The translations under genes and the position numbers were made by a program. 64,000 bases of DNA from Eledone cirrhosa (Eukaryota). Position 1 is the first letter of the stretch. Every line of letters begins with the position of its first letter. This document shows, one piece after another, positions 15,251 through 29,555 of the stretch. Location of the stretch: assembly GCA_964016885.1 (NCBI GenBank), contig OZ024740.1, positions 260,462,001 to 260,526,000 of the forward strand. The letters run 5' to 3'. Under the pieces are notes generated by a model. That model ran no database searches, had not been told where the DNA came from, and worked only from the letters and a program-made list of their open reading frames with translations.

Positions 15251-16423
15251 CCCTTTTAGACTGGGTTCCGTCAATCAGTCTAGAATTAATAGGGCATTCA
15301 GTTCAGTTCAGACATAAGTCAAAAAACCCCTCAGAGAAGCATGTGTTGTAATAGACTAATTAAGTGAGGGGTTGACAGCTGTCAAATTACAAGGTAATTT
15401 TACAGCCAACCAACTACTGACCCAATTCTGAATTAGATTTACTGTAAATATATATCATCTCAGCTTCTTTTCACCATGAGTATTCCAATTGTTCAACCAA
15501 CAGAACGGCATTATCACTGAACTATATTGTTTCTGAGTATTTCAGAGATATGATACCCTTTTATTGGCATACTCTCGGGTCACAAATAACACCGAGACTT
15601 GGAATAAGCGGGGGTGGGGTTGAAAAATCGAGAATGTTTCTAGATTGTCTCTCTTGGTTAAAAAAACAAAACAAACAGAATTAGTCTTTTAGTTTGCATA
15701 ATGAGACCCCAAACCATCCTATTTATAACGTATGCGATTTCTTGTAATGTTCTATCTTTTGTCATATATAACGTTTTTTAATGTCTAAAAAACTTAATTG
15801 TCGCAGGAGTGCTAACACTTAAAATAAAATAAAATGCGGAGAAGAAAAGAACGTCTTACATTAGAAATTTGGCAATAAAAGGGTTAACAGGGATTCAGGT
15901 GAGACCCTTTGAATTACAAGTACAGGACATTTAATGAGTTTTCACATAGTTTCTGTCTAACCCAATTTCACTGATTAGAATAGTGTTGACCCAAGCCTAT
16001 GGTATAAAATTCTAGTTATTCTTTTACTAGTTTCAATCATTGGCAGTGCATTGGCAAAGTCATTAGAACATTGGATAGAATGCTTTGCTGTATTCGTTCC
16101 GGCTCTCTGCTATATGAGTTCAAATCCTGCCGAGGTCAACTTTGGCTTTCAACCATTCAAGGTCGATAAAAACAAGTACCAGTCTAGTACTCTATATCTC
16201 TTTCTCACTTTCATTCCTTCACTCTCTATCTTTCTCTAGAAGAAAGCTGCTGTATTCAGACATGGAGAGGAGATGGGCTACACCAGGTTTTTAACTCTCT
16301 CGGGATTTACGGGTTCTAAGAAAGAAATTTCAATAATTAGACGGCAGCCATGCTGGGTATTATTTGCAACGTTGATTTCCTATACAACTCTGTAACATTA
16401 TAATATATTATAATAATGTTACA

Positions 16424-16720
16424 GAGGTTGACTTTGCCTTTCATCCTTACGGGGTCGATAAAATAAAGTACCAGTCATGCACTGGGTAATTGCTGGCCTT
16501 GTGCCTAAAGTAGAAACAATTATAATATATTATTGGCGGTGGATTGGCAGTATTGGTAGAGAGTCGGACGCCATGCTTTCCAGCATAGTTACATCCCTTT
16601 ACGATCTGAGTTCAAATCCCGCCGAGGTTGACTTTGCCTTTCATCCTTACGGGGTCGATAAAATAAAGTACCAGTAATGAACTGGGTAATTGCTGGCCTT
16701 GTGCCTAAAGTAGAAACAAT
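16424..16720 (+). mobile_element. Tandem SINEs (5'-truncated copy + full copy at 16535-16720)
   Basis: B-box-like GAGTTCAAATCCC; body gactttgcctttcatccttacggggtcgataaaataaagtacc; many copies in the window. Confidence 0.85.
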
Positions 16721-17620
16721 TATAATATATTATCAAATAAATCTATAGATTTTAGCCAAACGTGTGTGTAAAATAACTGAATATAAACTGATCCAAATAT
16801 AAATAGATCCCCCACCTCCCCTATTTTATGACTGAAATGGGTAAATATCCAACCCTATTTATAGCCCAAATCAACTAATCATCATATTTTTAGATGGTGC
16901 GGTTTTGAAATTTTTTATTTATGAAATTTTAATATTTTAATACTTAAAATGTTTTAAGTGTCGTTTGGAGTGTAGGTTTTGTTTCCCAACTCATTTGTAA
17001 TGATTCTTTACAATTACGTTTATTTTATAAAGTTTCAACAAGTTTCCTGAATGTTTGTTTAATTCTCGCTACTTGGAGGAAATTGAAATTATGTGCAAAG
17101 AGACATAATGAATAGTGAATAGTTGAAAGAAAGATCGACTAGGAGAACATTATATAAGAATTCTGAGTAGACGGGTGAGGGAGAGACAGCAACCAAGAGA
17201 GGGGAGAGGTAGAGGGAGAAAAAGATAGAACGAGAGCAAGAGAAGAGAGAGCAATGAAATACAAGACAAGTAAGATTGAAAGAAAAAGTATAATCATGTC
17301 ACAGAAAATACAATTAGTGTACGTGTGCAAGTATGTATGTGTAGGGGATATTTGTGTATTAAAAAGTTCAAATTATAAAGGTTTGTTGGGAATGTTCTGA
17401 AGGTAATGCATAAATAACATTCATGGCGATGTAGTAAATATAGAAAAACAGTTTTTCATTGTAAAATAATCAACCTAAGTATTTTAGCATTTTATTTACA
17501 TTGTAATTCAAGAGGGTGAAAATCTTCAAAATATTGACATCGAATATAAGCTGACCATGCATTTTAACATCGATTTTTTTGTCACATATTTCTTGGCTTT
17601 TGTCAAAAAGATATAGATTT

Positions 17621-20365
17621 TGGGCTTTAGGTAGTCTCAAGTTGCAGATAACCAGATGGTGATCAGCTGAAAGCTCAGCCCCTCTCTTAAAACGAACATC
17701 CAGCACAGAATCAAAGAGATCAGAGACAATAACAAAAATCAATTATTGAATTCTGTCTCTGATTCCCCTTATACCATGTATATATATATGGATGTCTCTG
17801 TTCTGGAAGGTGTTCATAATAGAGAGTCCATTTCTAAAACAGAAGTCTAGTAAGGCCTCTCCATTCCTATTTAGATCGGGGTCGCCATTCCTTCCAATCA
17901 GTTCTTTCCATGTCAGTGCCAACATATGCATTAATGTCTCCCATCAGGATATATGACTCAGTCATAACTACATCTAATGCTGCAGTGACTCCATCAAGGA
18001 AGGACCTGTTTTCGGGTACCTTGTTTGGTTATAAACTTGCACCACCCACAGAGACCTATCTTTTAGACTAAGCTTCAAGAGACAAATCCTCCCTTCTAAT
18101 GGGATCCAGTCGATAACACATTCTGACAGCTGGGGGATAGTGAGTATCCCCACTCTTGCCTGTACAGTCATTTCTGGCCCCACACCTGAAAAGTGGAGTT
18201 TCTATCCTCCATCCAAATCAGAGCCACGGAACTTTGTTGAGGAAACCCCGACTATATCTAGCCGGTAGCATCTAGCCTCCTCCACTAGTTCTTGCTCTTT
18301 ACCTGTAAGAGTTAAGATGTTCAAAGTTCCAACTGTCAGGATATGCTCCTTTCCGGAATCTCTTTGGGGTCTCGGAATACGCAAAGAAGCCCACAAAACT
18401 GGCAGGTCCAGGGCGACCTACAGGATAAAGTGGGAAGCATTGGTGGATAATGAAGTCAAGACCAGTTATGAAGATATTATTGAATCCAAATTCAGAGAAT
18501 CTCCTGAGCAAACTGACGATGTTGAGACAGAGTGAAGATTGTTCAGCGCAACAGTTTCTCCTTTAGCTGATAAATGCTGCGGGCGAAAGAAGCTTGGTGT
18601 GGCGTGAGATGGCAAGAGGACCCCTTGGTTCAATCAAGAGGTCAAAGATTCCATCCGAGCAAAGAAGGAGGCCTACAAAGCTTGGCTTGGAATTAAATCC
18701 TCCTTCTTGCACATGCAATACAAGCAGGCACGAAGAATCACAGCCGAGACATTAAAGGCGTCGAAAATTAAGACAGGGGGGTTAAGCTGGAATCTGACTT
18801 CAGATCAACAAATAAAGAGTTCTGGCAGACCATGCGCCGCTTTCATAATAAGAATCCCTCCTCCACACCTGCTATTAAGAACGCGTCTGGTGCTCTCCTC
18901 TTTTCAGAGAGGTGGATACTCGCAAGGTGGAGAGAATATTTTGCTGATCTCCTAAACCCGATCACAACAAAATCTTTTGATGTACACGAGGTGTATCTGG
19001 GAGCGGTGACTTATCTCACAGAGGCTGAGGTCACAAGAGCAGTTAAAGAGCTCAAACGTGACAAGGCCACTGCGAGAAATGAAATCCGGCCCGAGATGTT
19101 AAAAGCCTTAAATAGAGATGGTATAATCTGGTTGACTCGTGTGTGCCGGGTGGCCTGGATCTCCGGAAAGGCACGTAAACAATGGCAATCGGGAGTGATA
19201 ATCCCAATTTTCAAAAGGGGAGATACGAGAGGTTGCTTATATTACAGAGGGATCTCCTTATTAAACCTTCCCCGTAAAGTCTATGCTAAGTGTCTGGCAA
19301 ATATTCACACTGCAGCAGGTCTTCGAACAATCATAGGAGTATTGCCAAGAGGTATATTCCTGTTTCGTAGACATTGAAAAAGCATATGACCGCGTTCCTC
19401 GGGACCTGTCGTGGAGGGTTCTGCAGTAGTATGGGATCGATGGGCAATTTCTTGCTGCCCCGATGTCTCTATACGAATGCCCAAGTATTTGTGTTCGGAT
19501 AAATGGTGCTAAATCGAAACCATTTAATGTGAGCACCGGATTCCACCAAGTGTGAGTACTGTCACCTCTTCTGTTCATTTACATGAACAGGATTGACATG
19601 CACAGCCGGGTTAGAAGTGGTATCATGACTGGCGGGTGTAAAATCAGTCGGCTGGAATTTGCAGACGACATGGTATTACTTAACATGGCAGAAGATCATC
19701 TTCGTATTGCACCTGATATGTTTGATGCCAAGTGCTGCATGACTGGAATGAAAATCAGTGCTGCAAAAACTGAGACACTCGTCCCTTCAAGAAAGACTGT
19801 ACAGTGCACTCTACATGGGAATGTAGTTCCATTGAAGCAGGTGAAGAAGTTCAAGTATTTCGGGGCCGTGTTCAAAAGTGATGGCAGGAGAGTGAATTAA
19901 GTGCAAGAATCGCAGGAGCTGGTGCAGTAATGTGCCAGCTTCAACATTTAGTAATCAGAAGAATGGAGGTAGGCGTAAAAGCAAGACTCGTTATCTTCAA
20001 TTCAGTTTTTGTGCCAACCATTACCTATGGTCATAAATCTTGGGTAATGACCGAAAAAAATACGATCGCGAATACAAGCGGCCGAAATGGGGTTCCTTCG
20101 AAGGGTCTTTGGAGTAACGCTACTTGATAGAGTACGTAGCTCGGAGATCTGAGTCACTCTAGGTAGATCCGCTACTTCTCCTAATTGAGGGATCACAGTT
20201 CCGATACAACGGGCATGTGGTTAGAATGTCTCAAGAAAGAATCGCTGGACAGATTTTTAGGGACAAAAGCAACCTACAGGTGACCAAGGGATAGACCCCG
20301 AGCAAGATGGTTGGATAACATACATGAGCTTGGCTTGTCTCACTTGGGGATCCAGCCGGATAAGT
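17621..20365 (+). mobile_element. RTE/BovB-like LINE with inverted 5' (APE) segment 17621-18393
   Basis: Minus strand: VGTLNILTLTGKEQEL, IGRNGDPDLNRNG, LSADHHLV. Plus strand: IIPIFKRGD..YRGISLL, FVDIEKAYD, FADD. Confidence 0.88.
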
Positions 20366-20424
20366 TGGAGACGATGACTTATGACAAGAAGGAATGTGCT
20401 TTATATATATATATATATATATAT

Positions 20425-22407
20425 AGTAATAATAATAAATTTGAAGACTAAAATCCAAAGAGGGCTCGATAAGGATAAATATATATCAAATATATAAGAA
20501 TATATATAAATATATATCAAATATATATCAAATATATAAGAATATATATAAATATATATCAAATATATAAGAAACGTTTCGTTGGGGCTTTCCCGTCTAT
20601 CTACTAACGAGCATATTTTCAACGACCATTCCACTTATTACAATGAAGCTCTTGCTCGGAGTGGATTTGTCGATAAGGTATGATATACAGAGTACTAAAA
20701 TAGACCTAGAAGAAATAGATCCCGTCGCATTTGTTGGTATAACACACCATATAATATAGAGGTGGCCACACCATCAGCTAAGATCTTTCTTTCCTTTATT
20801 ACGAAGCATTTTCCCCCTACACATAAATATAGTAAAATTTTTAATAGAAATACTATTAAAATGTCTTACTCTACGAGTCCTAACCTTGCACATAACATCA
20901 CAGCTTCAAATTTAGCTAAACTACCTAGCCGTAGGAACACGTGCAACCCTGTAGTTAGTACTAACTGTAATTGTAGGAATCGGGTTGATTGCCCCCTATC
21001 CGGGAAATGCCTCTCTAGTAACATTGTCTACAATTGTAAGGTTGAAACACCCACGTCCCGTAGGGCCTACATAGGGTTAACCGCCAATAGTTTCAAGCAG
21101 CGTCTTTACATGCATACCCATTCTTTTCGTTACCCTCTAAGAAGGAATATGACGTCACTTTCAGCTTATATCTGGAGTCTAAAAGACAACCACACCCAAT
21201 ATAAGTTACACTGGGAGATCCTAGCTAGGGCTAGATTGTATAACGGAAATAAAAGACCATGTGACCTCTGCGCCGCTGAGGCCCTGGAAATACTCTACGC
21301 CACAGACCACATCTTAAACAAAAAATCTGAGACAATTTCGGCTTGTAAACATAAATTGCACAAAACTTTCCTCTATTACAGCCCCACGTTATACCCTAAC
21401 GGATAGTACGATCTATACGTGGATATTTTACGTCTTGATGTGGTAGCTAAGTATATGTTTTGTTTATAACATTACTTATTTGCATAGGTAAGTATATATT
21501 ATCCGTATGTTTTGCGAAGGTACGTATACCTTCTCGTACGTATATTTGATTGTATATGTTATGGCGAATAATTTTATATATTCTGGTACATATGGTTTGG
21601 TTATGTGTATACGGGAGTTTTGCGGCTGTGTGAGTATGCAGGTTCGTACGTATGTAGGGTGTGTGTATATGTGTACTTCATGTTTTGGTTGACTTACGTC
21701 TCCGAACATTTGTGTATTTACATGTAGGTATGTGTGTGCGCTTGTTATATACGTATTTATTTATTTATATACGTTTATTTAATTATTTATTTATTTGTAT
21801 TCACGCATACACACACACACATATTTATATGTGCGTGGTTTTGTATACCTATGGTAAGTGTTTTTGCGTATGCTTGTGTATGTACGTATTTGTATGCATG
21901 TATGTATTTATTTAATTTCGATTACCTCTGTATTGTATTTATTTACTTTGTTCTTAACTCTGAAGCGGAGATTTATTCGGTCTCCTAGTTAGAATTTTAG
22001 TCTACGACTTCTGCTATACCATTTACGTGGTTTTGTCTTTGCGTGAAATTGTTCTCCACGCTCCACATATGACGTATTATCTTCGTTTTTTTCGTTCATT
22101 GCCAGAGAACGTCTCTATGAACCACCTAAGAGAACATTAGTCTACGACCTCTTTTATACCATAAACGTGGTTCTGTCTTTGCGCGTAATTGTTTTTCACC
22201 GCTCCTATTAATGACGTATTATATTCATTTTTTCCCGTTCTTTGCCAGGGAACGTTTCCACGAACCAAAGTATCGTCTTCCTGTATTCCTCCGGTTGCAA
22301 CGTTTTTTGAAATATCCACTTCTGCGTTTACAGATTGACTTTGTTAGTTTCAGAAGATCCCGTTAAGGGTGAAAGCAGCGATTCTTTGCTTAAACTTTAT
22401 TCTGTTA

Positions 22408-22413
<6 letters not shown>
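20425..22413 (+). mobile_element. Naiad-like PLE, 5'-truncated (RT thumb remnant, GIY-YIG ORF 20762-21406, 3' UTR)
   Basis: CNCRNRVDCPLSGKC, IVY..AYIG, CDLC, CKHK; flanked by (TA)n on both sides. Confidence 0.88.
22346..22396 (+). ncRNA. Hammerhead-like motif, A4 core variant
   Basis: agttt-CAGAAGA-t CCC gttaa GGG t-GAA-AGCA..TGCT-T-aaact; related copies near 35524 and 35706. Confidence 0.5.
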
Positions 22414-22502
<89 letters not shown>

Positions 22503-22545
22503 CAGTTTAGCGGACGCTTATTATAACGCCGCTTTGTTCGTTTGT

Positions 22546-22588
<43 letters not shown>

Positions 22589-22948
22589 CAACTAGAAATT
22601 GATTAACATATAAATAAACATATGAAACAATCACAGGGGATAATTTTTACAAGTGTGTAAGCACTCATAGCTAGGTAGGTAACTAAATAAAGTTAACTAG
22701 AACTTCAAAAATAGATACCTTATAATATGATTAATCTTCCCTGTATATATTCCATTAAAGAAATATATAAAGGACTTGACTGCTGTTTCTAGTTGTCGAT
22801 AACCCTATTCACGCCACTGGGACGAAGCTGGTATGATGTGTAATTTTTGTAGATACAGCACGTGTTACTGGCCAATCGCTGATTTGAACTTAATGTGGGT
22901 ATGGTGTGACGTGCGGTGGCCGCAGGCGGGGGAGTGCTCGACCGAAAG

Positions 22949-22967
22949 GGCCAGCAGAGGGCGCTCT
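22949..22967 (+). promoter_or_regulatory. CTCF-type motif
   Basis: GGCCAGCAGAGGGCGCTCT matches the CCASYAGRKGGCRS consensus; binding not shown. Confidence 0.45.
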
Positions 22968-22973
22968 CTAGTG

Positions 22974-23075
22974 GTGCCTAGCAACGGGGTGAACGCCAGT
23001 TTGGGCAGTGCCTAGCAACGGGGTGAACGCGAGTTTGGGCAGTACCTAGCAACGGGGTAAACGCCAGTTTGGGCA
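22974..23075. repeat. 3 x 34-bp tandem repeat
   Basis: gtgcctagcaacggggtgaacgccagtttgggca x3, no spacers. Confidence 0.95.
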
Positions 23076-23654
23076 TCTCCCGGTGTTAGGCAGTTGGACG
23101 CAGGCGGGCGAGGAGTAACCAGCAGTGGAGATAGCGGTGCCTATGAAGAGCGAAACGATATGGCACTGTTTGTACCAATGTAGAAACTACCAGTCTTTAA
23201 ACTACCATGAGTGGAGATGGCAGCGCCTATGAAAAGCGGTAAGTGAGATAGCTTTTTCCAAACACACTTAATGCGTAAACACAGATCGCTGGACTTCTTC
23301 CTTGTTGAAAATCCAAGCTTCGGCCTCCGTCGTTTACGATTCGATTAATTGGTGAAATATATTTCTTTAATGGAATATATACAGGGAAGATTAATCATAT
23401 TATAAGGTATCTATTTTTGAAGTTCTAGTTAGCCTTATTTAGTTACCTACCTAGCTGTGTGTGCTGACACACTTGTAAAATGTATCCCCTGTGATTGTTT
23501 CATATGTTTATTTATATGTTAATCAATTTCTAGTTGTTATAAAATGCTCGGACCTATTCATTAGAATCTTGGAGCTTATTTTACGGGTTATATGGCGCAT
23601 GCCTTTCTGGCATGACACCCATAATTTTGATTTAGATTAAATTCATCTTAATTT

Positions 23655-23707
<53 letters not shown>

Positions 23708-24029
23708 AAACGAAAAATCAGTGATGCATCTGAACTCAATTTATTGTGTGTTACAATTGTTTCGCCGGCGGACAGCTCGAGACACGATCATTGTGTGGAT
23801 CTGTCTGACTCTGGAACTGCGGGCTCGTCAGACACTTCCAATGCTTTCGGAGAAAATTCTTTCACTGATTTTTCGTCTCTGCTCTGTAAGAGCATAGAGT
23901 GCTCAACCGGCTAACGGATTGCACCCTGCAGCAACAGGTGCATGGTGCATTTGCAGAAACCCATATTGCGTCTGAGACATATTCTTAGTTTTGAGACTTG
24001 TTCTTAGTGATGAAAATTTAAAGGAATTC

Positions 24030-24496
<467 letters not shown>

Positions 24497-25063
24497 TAGT
24501 GAATGGTAACAGCAAGATAATTGATTGGGAGTGGTGTTGGGTTAGAGTGTTTATTAAAGGGATGTAAAGGTCCCCCCCCCCCTGCTGGTTCCATTTCAAT
24601 AAATGACCTTTGATGAATATAATGGCAGGATGTTTTTCAAATTCGTTTTTTATAGCTGAATCAACTCTCTTAAATTTATAAAGAATACCTTCAACAATTT
24701 TCTATATTAAAGATGAAATTAGGTGCGTGTCTGGTGGTGGTGGTGGGGTTAATGAGGTGTAAGATACATGTCTTTTGGTAAGAATGGGATGACAGCAAAG
24801 AGAAGAATAAGGATAGTTTTGGAATATTTGTCAAAAATGTATGTTGGGGATATTGGTTTGGAAGAGGAAGCGTGTGTGAGTGGGGGGCATGCTAGCTCAC
24901 ATATTAACTTCCCTACATGTAAACCTACTTACATCCCATATACATATATATACAGACACACACACATATATACACACACACACATATATATCTATATACA
25001 CCTACATTCACACACACACATACACATATCTACACAAATATGCATATATGCATATATATACAC

Positions 25064-25150
<87 letters not shown>

Positions 25151-25306
25151 AAAGAATAGAGGTGTAACACACAAGTTATTATATATTGGTAAACGGAATA
25201 GAAAATGCTGACAAATTGTTCACAGTTGAAAAATGGTTTAATTAGGAATAAAAGAGTATTAGTGATTGTATGGGTTAGTATTCAGTTGTGGTTTTAAGTT
25301 TTTAAG

Positions 25307-25344
25307 TTTTTACCGGTTGCGCATTTCTAAATGCTTTTCAAAAA
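25307..25344 (-). ncRNA. Hammerhead-like motif, U3-A8 and GCAA variant (left arm)
   Basis: Reverse complement of 27032-27069. Confidence 0.5.
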
Positions 25345-25663
25345 TAATTTTGAGATAGAGTGTCCGTGCTGTTTGCTCTGATCTGATTAGTTTTGGGAAT
25401 TCTACCTGTTTTTATGTTAAAAAAGTGGCTCCAGCGTTATTTTTGTGTTGCAAAAATGCTTGTGGTCAAAACAATTTTGATTGGTCGGTAGAGGTCATGT
25501 GAATGTAAAAAGTTGATTTTGCGCCAAGACTGTTTTTATGTTAAAAAAGTGGCTCCAGCAAAACTTCTTGGTCAAAACAATTTTGATTGGTCGGTAGAGG
25601 TCATGTGGATAAAAAATTGATTTTGCGCCAAGATTGAGAAATGACTCTTTCACAACAAATGTG

Positions 25664-25714
<51 letters not shown>

Positions 25715-25789
25715 TAGTAGTAGTAGTAAGGTGTTCGATGCTGCGACAATGGCCAGCAGCGATGTGTGTCAAATGGCTATTAAGATAAG

Positions 25790-25883
<94 letters not shown>

Positions 25884-26521
25884 GCAGAGTAATTCGATGG
25901 TCAGTAAGAATGTGTCTGAAAGCAATGGGGGTATTTTAGCATGTCAAAAGATATTTTTCAGCTTTTGTCTTATACGGAGAAGTGCGCGTGTGTGTGTGTG
26001 TGTGTGTGTGTGTATAAGTCTCTTTGTATGTTGATGTACGCGTGTGTATGTGTTTGTGTATATATATGTGTGTGTGGGGGGGTGGACCAGTATTGTTTTC
26101 CCCCTGGTAAAATGGTGTACATTATTCGATTTTTTCAGTAAAATCGGTTCTCTTAATAGAACATCAAAAATCTTAACAATAAAAGGTGTGAAATGATATT
26201 CACTATATATATATATATACACATACATATATTCACTACATATATATATATATATACATATACACATACATATATATGCACATATATGTTTTTGTATTGC
26301 ACCATAGAGCATGTGTGTTTACCAGGGGGAAAAAAATACTGGTTCACCCACACACACACATATATACACAAACACATACACACGCGTACATCAACATACA
26401 AAGAGACTTATACACACACACACTTCTCCGTATAAGACAAAAGGTGAAAAATATCTTTTGACATGCTAAAATACCCCCCATTGCTTTCAGACACATTCTT
26501 ACTGACCATCGAATTACTCTG

Positions 26522-26591
<70 letters not shown>

Positions 26592-27031
26592 ATCTTAATA
26601 GCCATTTGACACACATCGCTGCTGGCCATTGTCGCAGCATCGAACACCTTACTACTACTACTACTACACACACATACACACACACACACATGTACACACA
26701 CACACACACACACATATTTGTTGTGAAAGAGTCATTTCTCAATCTTGGCGCAAAACCAATTTTTTATCCACATGACCTCTACCGACCAATCAAAATTGTT
26801 TTGACCAAGAATTTTTGCTGGAGCTAGTTTTTTAACATAAAAACAGTCTTGGCGCAAAATCAACTTTTTACATTCACATGACCTCTACCGACCAATCAAA
26901 ATTGTTTTGACCACAAGCATTTTTGCAACACAAAAATAACGCTGGAGCCACTTTTTTAACATAAAAACAGGTAGAATTCCCAAAACTAATCAGATCAGAG
27001 CAAACAGCACGGACACTCTATCTCAAAATTA

Positions 27032-27069
27032 TTTTTGAAAAGCATTTAGAAATGCGCAACCGGTAAAAA
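27032..27069 (+). ncRNA. Hammerhead-like motif, U3-A8 and GCAA variant (right arm)
   Basis: ttt-TTGAAAA-GCATT taga AATGC-GCAA-CCGG-TA-aaa. Confidence 0.5.
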
Positions 27070-27186
27070 CTTAAAAACTTAAAACCACAACTGAATACTA
27101 ACCCATACAATCACTAATACTCTTTTATTCCTAATTAAACCATTTTTCAACTGTGAACAATTTGTCAGCATTTTCTATTCCGTTTA

Positions 27187-27231
<45 letters not shown>

Positions 27232-27319
27232 ATATATATGCACATACATACACATATATTCATATATACACACACACATGCACACATACATACACACACA
27301 TATGTATACACATCTACTC

Positions 27320-29160
27320 TAGTATTTAAGTTCACATATACATTGGGGTGGGGAAGGGGGAGTTAATGAAATGTTAGTGTACCTCTGAGGGTTTTTCTTC
27401 TCTTCAACGATCGAATGTTTGAAAGTACACGTGTCATCAACTTCTATTTGGATATTTTCCTCTTTTCAATATGCGATTTTTTAAAGAAAAGAGATGGGTG
27501 GGGGAGAATCCCGTTATTTGAAAATGGAATATCATTTTTTTGTGTTCAGTAGTGGTTTGTACTTTCTAATGAAGAATTCTTCTGTATATTTTCGAAAATG
27601 TTCGTTGTCCGACCATATTTTAAAGAAGGGGAAAATGTTCACTGCTTGTGGTGTTTCTGACAGAGGGGCCTCTAATTTCTTGTTTATGTACTCGAACTCT
27701 GTCATGTAGACCAGTTCCGGTTTCACCAATGTAGTATTCTTTGCATTGTGGGCAGGTTAAGTTTTTGGTTTTGCAACTCATATTTGCATTAACTTTGAAA
27801 ATCTGATTGTTTTTAAAGGAGATTTTCCCACCCTCTTCAATGTGTTTCACAAGTTCCGCATCGAGGTTCCGCGCATTTCTTAACTTGCATTGTTTCATTA
27901 TCAGACATAAATTTTGCCTTGGTAAGCAGTATTTTTTAGGTTGGGTGCTTGGCGTCTACTATATATTATTTGTGAGTCTTTTATGAGTGCATTCATTTTA
28001 AGGGACTGCTGGAGAATCGGGTATATTCTGGGCTTTGGAGATGGCCGTATTGATGAGGTTCACCGGATATTCTTATCTTTTAAGGAACTCTTTTAGTTCA
28101 TATAATCTTTTTTCCTGTAGTGTGGGGTATGTTACTATGGTGCAAATGCGTCTTGCTATGTTAAAAGGAATGTTCCTTTTGGTATGTGAGGGATATGCTG
28201 ATCGGAAATTCAAGTATTGGTGTGTGTCTGTTGGTTTGTAAAGTAGGTCTGTTTTGATATTTTCCCCTTCTTTAATGATAAGGATATCCAGAAACGGTAG
28301 TTTCTTTTTATTACATTCCATGGTAAATTTTGTTGCTTCGTGAAGATTGTTTATGATGGAATGGAATCTTTGCAGGTTTTCTTGGCTTCTATTCCAGAAG
28401 AAGAAGTAGTCGTCTAGGTAGCGTTTCCAGTTGTGATTAATGTAGGTGGCGAAGTCATGACTGAATGTTTCCTGCAATTGGGAATATAATTTTGCCTCTA
28501 GGTGACTCATAACGAGTGTTGCATATGTTGGGACCACTTTGGTGCCCATGGCCGTTTCTTTTATTTGTAAATATAGTTCGTTATCAAAGAGAAAGTGATT
28601 GTTCTCCAAGTCAAAGCTGACTACGATTGTTTCTTGGTGTACTTTCTGGGGGGATATAGTTCAGGAATTCTATATCATCTCTGATGAAGGATGGCACTTT
28701 TTTACATAAGGGTTTCAGTATGATCTCTATTAGGTTTCTTAGACGTTGTGTGCTTGAGGCTGGAACAGCAACAATTGGGCGTAATTTTCAATCTGTCGGT
28801 TTTGGTACTTCAACATATGATGTATTTTTACCTTTCATGTTGTTTTGGATTTCTCTGGATTTGTGAACTTTCGGTAATCCATAAACATTACTAATTTTCA
28901 TTTCGAAGTTGGTTAAGTAATTGATTTCCTTTAGCGTGAGGTTATTTTGGTACTTTGTCATCAGTTTGCCTACTAGAATCAGCGATTTTCTTTCTTTGCT
29001 TTTGGTGATTTTCCTGTAAAATTCTTCGCAAATTCAACTGTTCTAGGACCATTTCCTAGTAGTGGTTTTTGTCCATGATGACGATTGCTCCACCTTTGTC
29101 CGCTTCTTTTATGATTATTGAGGAGTCTTTTTATAGCTTGTTTAATGCTAGCAGTTGGTC
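27320..29160 (-). mobile_element. Degenerate Neptune-like PLE (RT + GIY-YIG)
   Basis: ADKGG, YGLPKVHK, ETAMGTK, RYLDD, YKPTDTHQYL, CPQCKEYYIGETG; several stops, frameshifts and deletions. Confidence 0.87.
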
Positions 29161-29231
29161 TGTATACACACACACATATATATATAAATATAAAATATAT
29201 ATATATGTATATATGTTATATATGTATATAT

Positions 29232-29319
<88 letters not shown>

Positions 29320-29487
29320 GGTAAACAGAAATAACAACACAATCGGTAGAGTATATAGAAGGGATATATTAGATTAACGCTTGATATAGTAGGAAGAGGG
29401 TCTTAACATTGTTTCTGACTCTAGTCCTTCATCATATATATATACATATATATATATAAAGATATAGATATAGATATATATATACAG

Positions 29488-29555
<68 letters not shown>

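Larger units (their letters stand above)
22584..23541. mobile_element. Non-coding fold-back element with ~185-bp inverted arms (22584-22768 / 23357-23541)
   Basis: Arms are reverse complements; starts at (TA)n; an arm fragment recurs at 58021-58115. Confidence 0.8.
25181..27192. mobile_element. Non-coding palindromic PLE derivative (arms ~25181-26111 / 26318-27192)
   Basis: Arms are near-identical reverse complements; outer 240 bp homologous to the pLTR at 10050-10265. Confidence 0.88.

Noticed and set aside
14675-15274. 199-aa Asn/Ser-rich ORF as a host gene
   Set aside because: Low-complexity trinucleotide tract open in several frames, non-ATG start, and it runs into a Helitron-like repeat.
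16535-16720. tRNA gene
   Set aside because: Only A/B-box-like remnants in a multi-copy SINE; no cloverleaf evident.
22974-23075. CRISPR-like 34-bp repeats
   Set aside because: Head-to-tail with no spacers, eukaryotic context, no cas genes.
23709-23877. 15-bp inverted repeat acgaaaaatcagtga / tcactgatttttcgt
   Set aside because: Single short pair with no TSD or second copy in the window; cannot support a MITE call.
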